Source of the DNA: Guillardia theta CCMP2712
Lineage: Eukaryota; Protista; Cryptophyta
NCBI RefSeq assembly: GCF_000315625.1
Contig: NW_005434592.1
Coordinates: forward strand, 239,225 to 303,224
Direction of reading: 5' to 3'
DNA length: 64,000 nt
Below are positions 24,245-36,814 of this stretch, one piece after another. Within the stretch, counting starts at the first letter, position 1; every line of letters begins with the position of its first letter. A model generated the notes under the pieces. The model saw only the letters and a list, made by a program, of their open reading frames with translations, ran no database searches and was not told where the DNA came from. The translations under genes were made by a program, and so were the position numbers.

Positions 24245-25720
24245 AAGGGGTACCCTATGTACTTCAACTAGTACCCACCCTACCCTCAGCAGAAGCCTGT
24301 TTTGGTACCCCACCCAAGAGGGTACAGACATTGGTACCTAAACTTTGAGTGAATGCAAATATGGTACTGCCAGTGGCATCGGACTACCCCCTGGTCCGAC
24401 CGACCTTTCAAGTTCCTGGCATTCATACCGTAGTCACTAGTACCGGTACTTTACGCCCCCTGGACCCCCCAGTTCGGAAAGAGCCAAACCAGGGGCCCTC
24501 TAGTGCCGTACAGTCAGTTGTAAACTTGAGAGAGACATTATAGAGCTATAACAATTTATAACCCTCGTGACTCATTGAAAGATGAGACGGTCTTGACTCA
24601 AAGGCTCATGACCCGTCAAAACTTTGATTGCCCGGTTTGCATCGCCGATGATCGGATAGCTCAGCGATCAAACTTTGAAAGTTCCCGGACGGGTTTGAGT
24701 ACCGTACCGTACGGTACGGCCCATACAGTACGGTACTAGCCTAAGCCTTAGTCACGACTGAGTCGCCGGGGCTACTACGCCGCACTGCCGGCGGCGCACA
24801 CGCGCCGGCAGCGCGGCCGCCGCGGCGGCCCGGCAGCCTGCGCCGCGGCGGCCCCCGGCGGCGGCACGGTCCGCCGGGGCGGCACTGGCAGTGGCCTGGC
24901 CCGGCCGGCAGTGTACCGGGAGATGCCAGCCTGAGTGACGGAACGGTCCGAGCCTGAGTCCGGTTTCTCAAAGCCAAGAAGTTAAGTTTGAAATCAGGCA
25001 GTACGAGGACAATCAGGAGAGTAGAGGACACTGTCGCATAGCCGGGCTGGGCCATTGACGGAATACAAGTTTGTTAGATATCACATCGACCTTAGTTGTA
25101 ACAAGACAGTTTTTGCTCAAGACCGAGTTTACTAATGATGCACACAAAAACAGAATTGAGGACTCGGCACATGAGAGATAGACTGTATGCTAGGATGCCA
25201 GTGAAACCCAAGCATCCAGACATGAGAGGACCTTAACAAGACGGCTAGGAAAGTCCCCTCTTCATCCCACGTACTACTATGATGCCGCCTCGCTACGCAA
25301 GTCGTCTTGGTTTACAGGAGAGTTTTTGTTAACTCGGCGCTATCTGACTGGCACGGCTGGCATACGTTCCATCAGCCATACGTCGCCGGGACAAGACTCG
25401 CGGGGCCCGCCGCGCCGCTCAGTCCAATCGGACAGTGCAGGCTGATCGCCGGGACGGAGCGCCCGCCGGGCCCGGCCCTGAGTACCAACCCTGATCTGCC
25501 GCAGTGCCGACTCAGTGTGGCCGGGCCCCCGGGCAGTCCGGGCCCCGCTGTCCGAGCGGCGAGCCTCACGGCCACTGTGCACCCTGACCGTGACTGTCCG
25601 ATCGGACGGACCCCGGGCCCGCCGGCCCGGGCTGCCCGGCCGCCGGCGCCCCGGGCCCGGTACGGTGACCGGCGGGGGCCAGCTTGTCAGCCTTCGAAAC
25701 TCTGGTACAAATTTGTACGG
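24245..25720. repeat. Composite intergenic element: GGGGTACCC tract (24245-24500) plus two palindrome-dense GC islands (24690-24965, 25335-25685)
   Basis: Perfect palindromes AGTACCGGTACT (24439-24450), CCGTACCGTACGGTACGG (24702-24719) and GTACAAATTTGTAC (25705-25718); dense CCGG/GGCC/CTGAGT/CAGTG motifs. Confidence 0.55.
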
Positions 25721-25849
25721 AGCACTCTTAGCAGTACAAAATAAGAAATTACTAATATATATCGATCAATTATTTGTACCATTTACTTCTATTAACATCG
25801 ATGTAATATAAACAGCGGGAGCAATGAGAGAAAATGAGGGAGGCGCGAG

Positions 25850-28150
25850 AGGAAGGGGAGAAGGAGCAGAGGAACGAAAGCGGCAAAGCTTTCACATTCT
25901 CCGCATCCTTTCGTTAGAGTGCTCCGATGCATCCTGCTCCTGGTTCTCCTGCTGATGTTTTCTCGTGCGAGCAGTGGGTAAACAAGGGCTGGGAAGGGGA
26001 TGTCTTCGTTCCCAGTGACAAGTCGACAGGTAAGAATGTGTTGATCTGACGTGTTGAACGATGAAGATGATCATGAGCACACGTAGGGATCAGAGGTGAT
26101 AGAGGGGGTGAAGACGGACTTTCACATCAGCAATTACTCTGATCGGGTATTTGCACGAAAAACTTTGATTTCCCATTTGGTCAATCGTAAGATGAATATT
26201 GGTGGTTCAGACGCTCGTGGTTGTAACACAGACAGGGAAACCGGGGACATTCATTCATGTGTAAGTTTGTGAGAGTAGACAACATGCTGATATAGCTGAC
26301 TTTCCTGTCGGGAAGGCAGAGAGACTCGTCGAGCGGAAGGTGGGCTGGAGCAAAGTTGGTGGGGTCATAACGTGAGTCCGTGCATAGAAACGGATTGAGC
26401 ATCAACGTTCTTGTTGGAAAGCGAGATGACGTTACCATGGTAAAGCTTCACCCCGAGACACACAGCGTCAAAGCGCTGATCACCTTGTACAGGTGTATGC
26501 CCGTCAGATCGCCGAGGTGATGCACAAGAGATCTCAGAAGCCAGTGCTGATTGCGTGAGAAAGTCTCCATGTCTGCTCTCGTTCCACTGAATCCAAGGGA
26601 GAAGGCTGTGCGTCCTCAACGACTCCCCGGTCGTGTTCAAGAAAGTCCTGCAGAACCTTGAGACGCTGAGCGCGTGACAGTGATTTTGCTTTCTGACAGG
26701 AACCAAAGAAATTCCATTTGCTGACTGTCACTGGGCTCTTCTTCTTTGCTCTCAATTCCCGATCCTCAAACTCTCTTGAGCCCTCTTGTAGATATTGAGT
26801 AGAGCCATGTACGACAGCGACTGAGGGCATTCCAACTCCATCAGTAAACCACGTTGATTTTCAACTTCTACTCCATCGCTCTCGTCCTTTTTATTCGCTT
26901 TAGCGTCCGCTGGTTGTCCAGACAAGGATCAGTTGCCCAGAAAGATTGAGCCGCAAGCTCGGCTCTCTACCGAAGATTTCGCGGAAGCGATCAGGAGTTG
27001 TGGTGCACACGAGCATCTGCAGGAGTATCTGTTCATGGAGCTTGGGGCGTTTTTGCACAGACTTGGGGTTTATCACCTTGCTTTCTCCTCCTTCTGGTCT
27101 TACACTTCAAATTCCTTCTTATCTTGAGTCTTGACATGCGTGACAGGACGGCAACGGCAATTCGTCTGAACCCGGCGGTCTCATACTCTCCTTACCCTTG
27201 CAGGAGGTTTACACGTGCTGTGTTGCGCACAGGATGTGGGGCACAAAAACAACGTGGCTGCCTGCTTGCTGTCCATGTCAAGGCCAAGGGAAGCTGTCCT
27301 CGTGCTGGAGGAGCTGGAGACAAAGGTGAAGGAAGAGACTGAAACGTCCTGGAAGACAGTCCTGAACATGGCGGGCGCGCTCTTTAAGTACGCCGAAAGC
27401 GAGAAGAGGTGAGGTCGTCAAGGTTGAGGGGTCATATGACCTCGTCTTGCCACACTCACGCGGGAGGAAGCGAGCAACCTGAGCTTTCCTCACAAGCACG
27501 TGACTGGGGCGAACCTGCTCTTCTACAGCAGGAAGTTATGCTCATGGGGTGGCTGGGGTGAAGACCTCTCTGTTGCCCGCCCGCTCATAACGATCAAGTC
27601 AGGTGAGACGCTGTGATAAAATGCTATCCTGAACCTGTCGTGCAACCAGCTAGCAAGTTCGATCAGCTTCCTATCGAGCCTCCCGTCGATCCTTTCAAGG
27701 CCCTGGCGTTTGCAGAGGCGAGGAGGAGCAGCGGGGGGGGCTGGGGGGAGCGGGAGGAGAGCTGGAGGAGGAGGGGGGGAGCAGGGGCTGGCGATGGAGC
27801 CCACTGCACTCCTTGTGCTCGCCCGACACTACACGGACCAAATGGCTCCTGAACAGCCTCCCTACAGACAAGGATGCAGCCCGTAGCTCAGATTCAGCAG
27901 GAGTATGTCAGCAACGATTTGGGCAGCACGTGACCACTCGACTCTCATGTGCTGCTCGTCACTGAGTCAAGGGCGCGGTCGAACCCCACTCGCCTCAGGT
28001 GTGGGTCATCTACTTCCTCCTCGCCCCACCGCCCACCGTAGCAGACCCGGGCCAATCTTGTCCCGGCCCTCCTCGTGCTCTCTTAAAAGCGACCTGAGCT
28101 CTCTGCCGGTCCTGGAGGCGAGCACTGGAAGCTTCAACGCGGAGTCTGAC
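25850..28150 (+). CDS. Hypothetical multi-exon protein with TPR-like helices; ends approximate
   Basis: Plus-strand donor/acceptor pairs (e.g. GACAG|GTAAGA at about 26030). Exons include EYLFMELGAFLHRLG, DVGHKNNVAACLLSMSRPREAVLVLEEL, KTVLNMAGALFKYAE, TALLVLARHY. A hydrophobic signal-like segment lies near 25930. Confidence 0.4.
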
Positions 28151-28199
28151 TTTCCAATTTCACTCCCCGCACTGCGGCATCGGAGGCTCCGCATACATC

Positions 28200-29980
28200 A
28201 TCGGGTGACATTGACTTGAATCCGCCTGGCAGTGGGCCGCCGCGGTCACGCCGCCGGGGCGGAGCCGCTGAGTCATCCGTGACAGTGACGGTGACTCGGA
28301 CTCGCCGAGTGGCTGTACGCCGGGTACTACCGTACTCAGGCTTCAGCGTTCACATTCCGAGTTCAGTGAACTGAACTTGCGGCGGCCGGGCCCGGGCCCG
28401 CGGCGCGGCTGCGGGCGCCGGGGCCGGTGACTGCCGCAGTGCACAGCGGGGGCTCTCGGGCCGGACCGGGTCACTGTGACAGACTCACCGGCACCGAAAA
28501 CCCGTTGAAAATCATGAATTCAGAGTCTTCGCCGCCGCGGCGGCCCGCCCCCGCCGCGCCGGGCGGCCCGGCCCGGCGATCGGGCCGCCGGCCGCAGATC
28601 CGATCAGTGAGCCTTTTCATGTCGACGGTCAGTCGGCTCTTTGCTCCGGCGCAGTGCGGTCTCTGTAGTAAACTTGGGGAATCGTATTGCCTGAACATGG
28701 TTTCATTGGAAACCATCCTTTCTGAAATTGGGCAAACAGTGGGTAGTTGTCAGGGGTAATGAAAGGGTACTTCCTGGCTGTTTGCTATTTCATTTGAAAT
28801 GACAATTGAGTGGGTGGGGTAGTCCTATCCGATCGAATTTCTACGAACGGTGGGGTGGGATGCAGGGTTTTAGAGTTATAACCATTTATATTTTCTGTAA
28901 AGTTTTATATTTTTATTTTGAGCACATGGTAATCTTGAAATGTCAGGTGTTCTATTGGATCTGTACGGAACCGCATTGAAAATAGATCTCAAAGTTTTTC
29001 TCATAGCAAAATAAAAATATTAAAAATATTATTTCGACAAGACGGTACATCATTGAAAGTGCTGCAGGGTAGGTTTGTCGAGTATCTGCGGCAATCTCCC
29101 TACCCCTTGACTTCATACCATGAGACAATAATGGGAGCATCTTGGTACATCTGGTACAATTTATTAATTTGTAGTAGTTTGCTCCCCTTCGAAGGACCTA
29201 CGACCAGCATGTTGATAGGGGTACGTCATGATGTGGACCAGGTTGGGTGAAAACAACATGCAAAAGAGGGTCCATTGGAGGGGAAGGGGTGGGTGGGGTG
29301 CATCTATTTATTATTGTCGAGGCTGGCGACCAGGCAACGGAAGTTTAGGGGGGTGGATGGGGGTGTATTTCATGGATGTTGAAGGGGTACTCCATTGTAG
29401 ATCTGAGGACGGGGGTATCGCTATAATGTTATATAACTTTCAGTTAACATGGCCTCCCCCGAAAGTTGCACCCTACCCTCATTTTTCCAGCACAGAGAAT
29501 AGGGAAGATGAGGGTGGTCTTGGGATCCAGTCCGTGGCAAAAGTGGAGTGATGAGATGAGAGCAGAGGACTACTTGATGGGGGAAGGGGTACAATAGGAG
29601 GGGTGGTAGGGTTTTAACCACCCCTACCCATAAATCACCCCTGTGAACATAACTTATAACATAGGACGATAGGGGTACGGTCATTCCCGGTGGGGTGCTT
29701 TCAAGAGAGGGTCACATCATGTCGGGGATGGACTTATGAAGGAGGGGTTGTAGTGCAAGGGTAGTACCGTCGTTTGTTCCCAGGGTAGGTGCAGGAATTT
29801 TCAGGGGTGGGGTAGGACTTTCAGGGGGAAAGGGTTGAACCGCAGAGTCATCGGGCTGAGAGGGCAAGGCAGGGATCTAAAAGGACGGGTACTGTATAAC
29901 GACTTAACACTGGAAAAAGAGGGGGTGATGGTGCTTCTGTTATTGTTATTGGGGGGTGGGGGTCAATTTGAGTTGGGGAA
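28200..29980. repeat. Composite intergenic element: GC palindrome island (28200-28660) plus long GGGGTA/GGGGTG tract (28800-29980)
   Basis: ctgagtcatcc, gtgactcggactcgccgagt, palindrome CGGGCCCGGGCCCG (28387-28400); then many ggggtag, ggggtac, ctacccc motifs. Confidence 0.55.
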
Positions 29981-30009
29981 AAGGGAGATATGGCCGAAGA
30001 CAGAGTGTA

Positions 30010-31373
30010 CATGCTGAGTTCTATCGCTGTACGTTGTGCTCGAGGGTTGATTTGATTAGCAGATCTGGCAGCGTAGATCATGCTGAGGCTAGATCGATAA
30101 GATGTGTAGATGCTTGTCATCAGGGTCTCTGCGATAGTTTGCATGTTGGAGGATCAAAAATTTACCAGTATCGTTGGGGTTGCAGCGAATCCGGATGTCA
30201 ATGTGTGATAACCTATAGTCTTCATCTTTTGCTTGATATACCTGCTTTAATGACACTCTGATTGCACAGGCTGGATTGGTGAATGATTTGAAGTAAACGG
30301 GCAATTTTTACCTCTTGGGGACGGTTCAATGGAGATTCATTCTCTGTACAATCTTGGATTCATGACAGATGCACCCGCTGCTTTGCAGAATATTGCCACT
30401 GCACCTGTGCAAATCAAGGAGAAAAAATCGGAAAGCAGAGCGGTCAGCAAGAAGCGAAGAACGCATGTGCTGAACCTCATAAAGTATTTCTCCAAGTTTT
30501 CTTTGTTTGATGGAGTAAGCGCCTTTGCAAAGTCCAAGGTGAATCAAAATCTTTTCATTTTTCTTGACATATTAGCTGAAGATTATTGCTCTCAGGTCGC
30601 AGCGCATATGACAAGAGTGTGTTTGCCGACTGGAACCCTCCTCTTCAGCAGCGAGGACATGGGTGCTTCCATATTTTTGGTGCTGAAGGGAAAAGTGCTC
30701 TGCAATGAGGCTGGAAGACGGAAGATGGCGAAGCCTTTCAATATGGTGGGGATGGAAGTGTTGTGCTCGGCGGCACAATCACGCTCCAAGAACGCTGAAG
30801 CAGCTGAGGTATCCGCATGCAGGAGGTTCACAACTGCCGTCACAGCAACAGATTGCGAATTATTGGTCTTGTCACTTAAGGATCTCGTTCCAATCGTTCG
30901 GCTGTGCAAGGATCTTGGAGACAACGTGCATCGGATGGCATGCGACTTTGTGAGAAGGCTGGCAGCTCATGGCAGGTTGGTGGTTTTCCTCCCTTTGTGC
31001 TTGCCTCTAATTTTAAGTAGTGCCGAAGCTCGCAAATGCTATGAGACGATTTTACTTGGACTCCATGAGGATGGACCTAAGGTATACAAACCTCTGATGT
31101 AAAATAGAATCTCTGTTTGACATACTGTTACAGCGGGAAGAAATTATCGTTCAGAAACGAAATGCAATGCAAAGCGAAAGGCTACAGTCGATGAGGCGGC
31201 TGGTAGCAGCTGCTAACGATCAATGGGCTGCTCTGAGGTTGAAGGATTCTTGTCCTGGACGAAGTAGTAGGTTCGAACTGTCGGCAGAATCGTCTTCACA
31301 CTTAACGTTTCCATGTTGTTACCCGAATAGCTTGTTTTGCTCTGTTAACTCTCCCTTCAATTTTGTGGTATGA
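30010..31373 (+). CDS. Cyclic-nucleotide-binding-domain protein; ends approximate
   Basis: YFSKFSLFDGVS..QVAAHMTRVCLPTGTLLFSSEDMGASIFLVLKGKV...VGMEVL...RFTTAVTATDCELLVLSLKD follows the CNB/Crp-type pattern. Confidence 0.7.
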
Positions 31374-31541
31374 GAGACCACCAAGACTTTTGAAATCACC
31401 TTGTCATTATAGATCACTGTTTTTTTGGCTATGTGTAAAATAAAGGTTTTTTGGAACTTACAAAGTATCTCATCGAATTCACTTTAAAATTCATGTAATG
31501 TAACGTAATGTAGCTAGTTTAGGAGTTGGTGTCGTCGATTA

Positions 31542-33423
31542 TCATCTGTGCTTCACTCTCACGGTTGTGGAACAGCTCATTTCTACGAACACATCGTGAG
31601 CATGTATTTGATCTAAGCATGGAAACTTACCCCTGCTTATCGCCGTTGTGAGAAGGCGCTGCATCCGAAAGCTGGTTGGGCTGTCGATGGGCTCAGATAG
31701 GCAAAACAGAAGGACATGATCACCTCGAGCAGAGAAGCTGAAGTCTTATCCAATACATCCGCAACTCCCTGCTCCTCTGCTTTATCCTTTGACAGAAGTT
31801 GTTCTCGTTCCTTGTGATATGCAAGCCGTCGAATCCTCTCCTCTCGTGACCTCACAATGTCAGCATTCCACATGCTCTTTACGCTTGCATGGTATTTGTC
31901 TGAAGACAGATCAAGCTCGTGGAGAGTATTTTCTTGTCTGGATTTCGAATTTTGAGAGGGCTTCTTCGATCTATTGGGTCTCCCAGCGAAACTCTTGCTC
32001 TTGATCCGTTCTTCATCCTTGGACTGTTTTGTTTTCTCAAGATTGACGTGAGGTTTGGTCTCACCGCTCTCAATTGCAAGCATCTTCTTTGCCAACCTTG
32101 CCTTGGCCGCTTCTCGGGCCTTCAGGTTTGCTCGCTTCTGAACGTCTCTCTCGGACTCTTGCTGGAGAAGCTTTGCTCGCTTGATAACCTCGTCCTCGTC
32201 CCGTGTTTTAAGCTGCTGCACTTCTTTCAAGAACGCTTGCCTTCTGGCTTCCTCAACCTTTTCAGCTGCTTGGTACGTTGTGCTGTAGTCTTGATCAACG
32301 GAGGTGGGGTTGGTATCATGATGCATGGTGTGTTGAGGAGGATCCTTGATCATGCTTCTGACATGATCCCCTTTGCTATTCTCGGGCTGGTTCTCTGGCG
32401 TGCTCAAATCTTTCATAGTTTGCTGGAGTTGTTCTTGGAATTTCTTCTCTGCAGCCATCTGCTTCTTGGCAATAGCTTCATGGCGCATCTTAAAGGCATA
32501 CATATCTTCCTTTTTCAGCTATCATTCTAGTTAACGTTCGGCAAATCTCTAATCAAATCCCATATTACCTCGCTTGTTGCCTTCTTCAAAGCTGCAAGTT
32601 CCGATTTTTCTTGAGCGGATCGAAGCTTTTCCACAGTCTGCATGATGTGAGATTGCACCTAAAGAAGTGGAGGATCGACTTTCAGCTTACCATCGACTTG
32701 TTCTGTAGATGATTGAATTCATCGTATGCGAGTAGATTCTCTGCTTTTTGAGCGTATCCTTTGAAAATCGAGTCGCCTTCACTGCTCATTTTTTTGTTCT
32801 TTTCTTCTTTTGTGATGTCCTCCAATGCTGCCTTCTCATACTTGTCTTTCATTGATCTCCATTCCCGATCAGTCAATTTTTGCTTGACCAACGTATCAGA
32901 GGAAGGCAATAAAAAAGAAGGAGTCGTATTACTTTTGTATCGCCCTTGCTATTCTTGAGAACATGTTGATATGCCTATACACAACAAAATAACCATGCGT
33001 TTGTCGTATCATGGCATCGCAAGCCGAAGTTGAAGTCAATCTATACCATCTGACGAGCTTCCAATCGAGCTTTGGCCTTGTCTTGGATTTCCTTGACTTC
33101 ATTGGTGCTTTTGAAAATTGTTAGACAACAGCATGAAACTTGCACTGCACAGACAATGTCTTGATGTTTTCACTCTTTTTTCCAGCTGGGCTGACTTGAT
33201 CTACTCGTCCTGGTTTGATCGATTTCTGTGCCTGTTCGTTGTCATGATCTTCAGGTTCGAATGAAGTGAGCAACAAGATATATTCAACCTGACCCATCTT
33301 CCCTGTCGAGGACTGCTTCGATCCCAGAACACTCTCATGGAATCCTTGTTGTACCACTTGCCAGCTGACCAGAATGAGAGCAAAGATCATGGCACATGCA
33401 ACCAAGTATCGTGCATGTTCCAT
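31542..33423 (-). CDS. Hypothetical coiled-coil protein with N-terminal signal anchor and Cys-containing C-terminus, multi-exon
   Basis: MEHARYLVACAMIFALILVSWQVV; K/E-rich helical exons; ends ...CLDQIHAHDVFVEMSC. GT-AG introns keep the frame at most junctions. Confidence 0.55.
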
Positions 33424-33720
33424 GACAACGTTGTTCTTTCGCCTGATGCAAGGTGACTGTGAGTGAGAAGACAACTGCAGCAGCCACATCGATTCACCTC
33501 CGAAGATTTGGGGCAACGAGGGTGTCCATGTACGAGCATTCGCTACCAAGACCTGCAGGTGGACGTCAATCTCTCTGACGGTTTGAGGATCCATCCCAAC
33601 AGGCGCTCATCAACGTCTCTCAGTCTTTCTTAAGTGAGTGACACACGCATTGCTAACCGTATGGCATATGCCGAGCTAAGAGGACAACAACTGCCTTTCT
33701 GAAATTCAGCATGCACTCGT

Positions 33721-33875
33721 GTTCAGAATTTCATCATTCGACAAGGTCTGTTGTGTTGAGAATATCATGATTCGACAAGGTCTGTTGTGTTCAGAATTTC
33801 ATCATTCGACAAGGTCTGTTGTGTTGAGAATATCATGATTCGACAAGGTCTGTTGTGTTGAGAATATCATGATTC
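33721..33875. repeat. 34-bp minisatellite, about 4.5 copies, two alternating variants
   Basis: A=GTTCAGAATTTCATCATTCGACAAGGTCTGTTGT, B=GTTGAGAATATCATGATTCGACAAGGTCTGTTGT; order A-B-A-B-B(partial), no spacers. Confidence 0.95.
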
Positions 33876-34442
33876 AGGGTCACCCTCCTTCGATCCCTCC
33901 ATCCATTCCTCACAAAGAGTTCAACTACTCACCGCCCATGTCGCCCGCTGCTATTTCTGGTACTTGATCCGGGTCGTGGACCGTCGTTGCGACCGTTAAA
34001 AGATACTGCAACAAGTTCGTTGCTTCGTTTTGATTCTTCCGTTTCAGCATTTTAACGGCTCCCTTCTACAGCGCGGGATGCTGAATACTACATTTGAAGG
34101 AGGACGAGGAGGAGGAGGGGAGACGAAGGCGTGCGAGAAGACGAGAGGGTTGTGAAGAGAAGGCAACTCATTGGCAAGCTCGTTGCTGTTGCTCGTTGAT
34201 ATATCCTTGGAAACTGTGACTTGATGGCACAGCCAGCGGTGCGAGTAGCTTAGAGAGGCATAGGCTGCCAGGTACAAGAGCGAAGAGAACAAGCGGCAGG
34301 AAGTGCTCCCGTATCCTCATGTTGGTAATCCATTGAGACAGCGTCAAGACACATCCTTCCCCACCTCCCCACCTCCCTCCCTCCCTCGAACCCTCCCTCC
34401 CTCCCTTCATCCATCCCTCACAAAATACCGATTGCGTGCAAC

Positions 34443-36429
34443 GATGGGAGTCATGTTTTCCGGTTGTGCCTGTGCAGAGAAGTCGCATGGCCTTATCTTG
34501 GTGGGGCTCGATGCAGCAGGCAAAACAACATGGCTGTACAGGTTGCAAACTGGAGAAAATGTGAGCACAAATCCCACGATCGTCAGTAACTTCGAAGAGA
34601 TTCGTTACAAGAATGTCAAGTTGTCAGTTTGGGACCTCGGTGGACAGGCAGCACATAGGCCTTTGTGGAAGTATCACTTCCAGGCAGGAGATGGACGACT
34701 TCAGTGAACGTGTTCTTATGGTTACGCAGGGAACGAAGGGTCTGCTGTTCGCTGTTGACTCATCCGACCGTCAGAGGATTCACGAGGCTCGACGAGAGCT
34801 ACTCGAGCTCCTCAAGGACGAGAGGCTGCAGGAAAGCTGAGAGACTGAGGGCGCTGTGTGCACTGACTGCTTGCTTGCTATCTCAGGGAGCGATTGTGAT
34901 CGTGTTAGCAAACAAGCAAGACATCCCCAACGCCATGTCTGCGCAAGAGATCGCTGACTCCTTGGGCCTGTCGACGGCTGTGGGGTCAAAGGTGTCCTCT
35001 TCTCCTGCCCGACTCGAGCTGAGTATGGCACAGCGAAAGTGGTTTGTGCAGCCCACCAGTGCAATCTACGGGGAAGGAATCAATGAAGCCATGGACTGGC
35101 TGCTTGCTAACCTCGGGCTGGACTCTAAGGGATCAGCAAACGTGAATGCAGGCCACGACGCTCTCCACTACCCTCGCTCGCAGCTCAAGGTGCAGCTCGG
35201 GTGTTGGGTCGACAGAGCTGAAGTGTGACCCATCGTTCATGGCAGATTGCAGAGGCGTGGCAGGCGAAACAAGGAGAGCAAGAGCCACCCGCTCACTCGG
35301 TCATGGTACATGGAAGTGACAGGATTTTGTGAACCTCTGAGTTCATTTTCGTCCTCGCAGGACTCGAATGGATATTCTGATGAAAGTAGCACACAGAACT
35401 TGTTGGATGGAACTCCAAGGGCCGAGGCTTCTGACTTGACTACGTCGTCGATTCCTCCTCCACATACGGATGTCGACGAGGCTGAGGGCAAGAAAGCAGC
35501 TGAGAGGCATACAGAGACAGAAATCAAAGATGCCGCGGTTCGATCAGTGGGCGAGGAAGAGGTAGACAAAGCCAGGAGGCAACCTATGTCTGTGCAGGAC
35601 GAGAGAAGCAGAGATGTTATCCAGGAGAAGCATTCAGATTTGGCGGACTTGAACCTTGAGCTCGAAAATGATCATGCAAGTGAAGGGATCAAGACGCCAG
35701 GGGAGGAAACGCAGCATCACCATACAAGTCAAGGTGTGCAGTCTAGTAGTTTCACGTGAAAATGTATACGTGATGTGGAGGCTGCAGAACCTGTGACGTC
35801 ATCGGGACCCTTCGGTCCTCCCCAGCATGTGGTCAAGGAAAGCAATCAGGACGGTTCAATCCCAAGTCAAGCGCAGCTCACGGCCACGAGAACAAGGAAT
35901 GATCCAGAAAGTTCTGCGAGACCTTCAAGAAATCGACCATCACAAGCCCAGCTATTTGCTTTGGTCTCGCAAACTTTCAGTCTCATCTCCCCCTTGCTGA
36001 TATCTCGCTCAGGTCATGCGCAGTCGCGTCCCCGCAAACTTGAGGACAGAGGTGAAGAAGAAAATAACTCATTCCACCGCCGAGTGATTGACTTTCGTGC
36101 CCAGCTGTACCACAAGATTAACCGAGGGCAGATCTCAACCCTGTGAGGAGCCTTTCGGTTCTACCGAGAGATTGTGACGTAGCTGTTTCTGCAGGGAAGA
36201 ACTTGGAGCTCATGGAGTGAAGGTTGATATGGAAGCTCCTTCGCAATGTCTGAGCGAGAGACGAGGGAAAGAGGCAGTGAAGGAATTGGCAGATGGGGGA
36301 GAGAGAACGATTCAAGCCTCTCGCGAAGCGCACAGGTACCGCAGACTCCATCAGAGTGTCAAGTTGAGACGTCATTGCAGGCATGGAGGCGGGCATCATT
36401 CAATAGATGACCAACCGCGGGGGATGTAG
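34443..36429 (+). CDS. Divergent Arf/Arl GTPase (core 34443 to about 35130), probably with a long C-terminal extension
   Basis: MG start, GLDAAGKTT, PTIVSN, WDLGGQ...RPLWKYHFQ|GTKGLLFAVDSSDRQRIHEARREL, LANKQD, QPTSAIYGEGINEAMDWL. Introns 34684-34729 (GC-AG), 34832-34886 (GA-AG) and 34992-35033. The extension via intron 35201-35245 is tentative. Confidence 0.85.
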
Positions 36430-36814
36430 ATGACGTTGCTCCATGACGTTGCTGACCGACAGGTCCGTTGGTCCGGCTGTCGTTCGCTTCATGTTGCCCG
36501 GCACGGATCTGCATGCGACTTGGCTAGTCGCGCCTGTGAGACAATTAACAAGCTAAATTCAATTAAGTGAGGAGGACTGTCAGGGAGTTTGATTGAACAT
36601 GTCAAACGTGATGGAGAATCCGGCAATCATTTTAATCTCGCAGCAATCTCCTCTACAGCTGTAAAGATTCTCTCCTCAGGCTCTCCTGCTGCCTTGTGCA
36701 AGGGTGTAGCCGCGAAGCTATGAAGGAGAGTGGGCGGAGCAAGCGGCTGAGAAGCTTGTGCCACGTCATTCAGGCATCATAGTCGTACAACATGTGCCCT
36801 CAAGCATCTCGCCA

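Noticed and set aside
24965-25335. Possible MITE formed by two GC islands flanking a spacer
   Set aside because: I could not find matching terminal inverted repeats, a target-site duplication or a transposase remnant by eye; kept only as an unexplained repeat.
24741-25811. Arg/Pro/Gly-rich ORFs in the GC islands (also 28427-28759, 52672-53461)
   Set aside because: Open on both strands because stops are rare at extreme GC; low-complexity products with no coding signal.
26181-26830. Minus-strand gene suggested by several short ORFs
   Set aside because: Splice signals and branch points fit a plus-strand multi-exon gene better.
33721-33875. CRISPR-like array (34-bp repeats)
   Set aside because: The units are directly adjacent with no unique spacers, there are no cas genes and the context is eukaryotic; it is a minisatellite.
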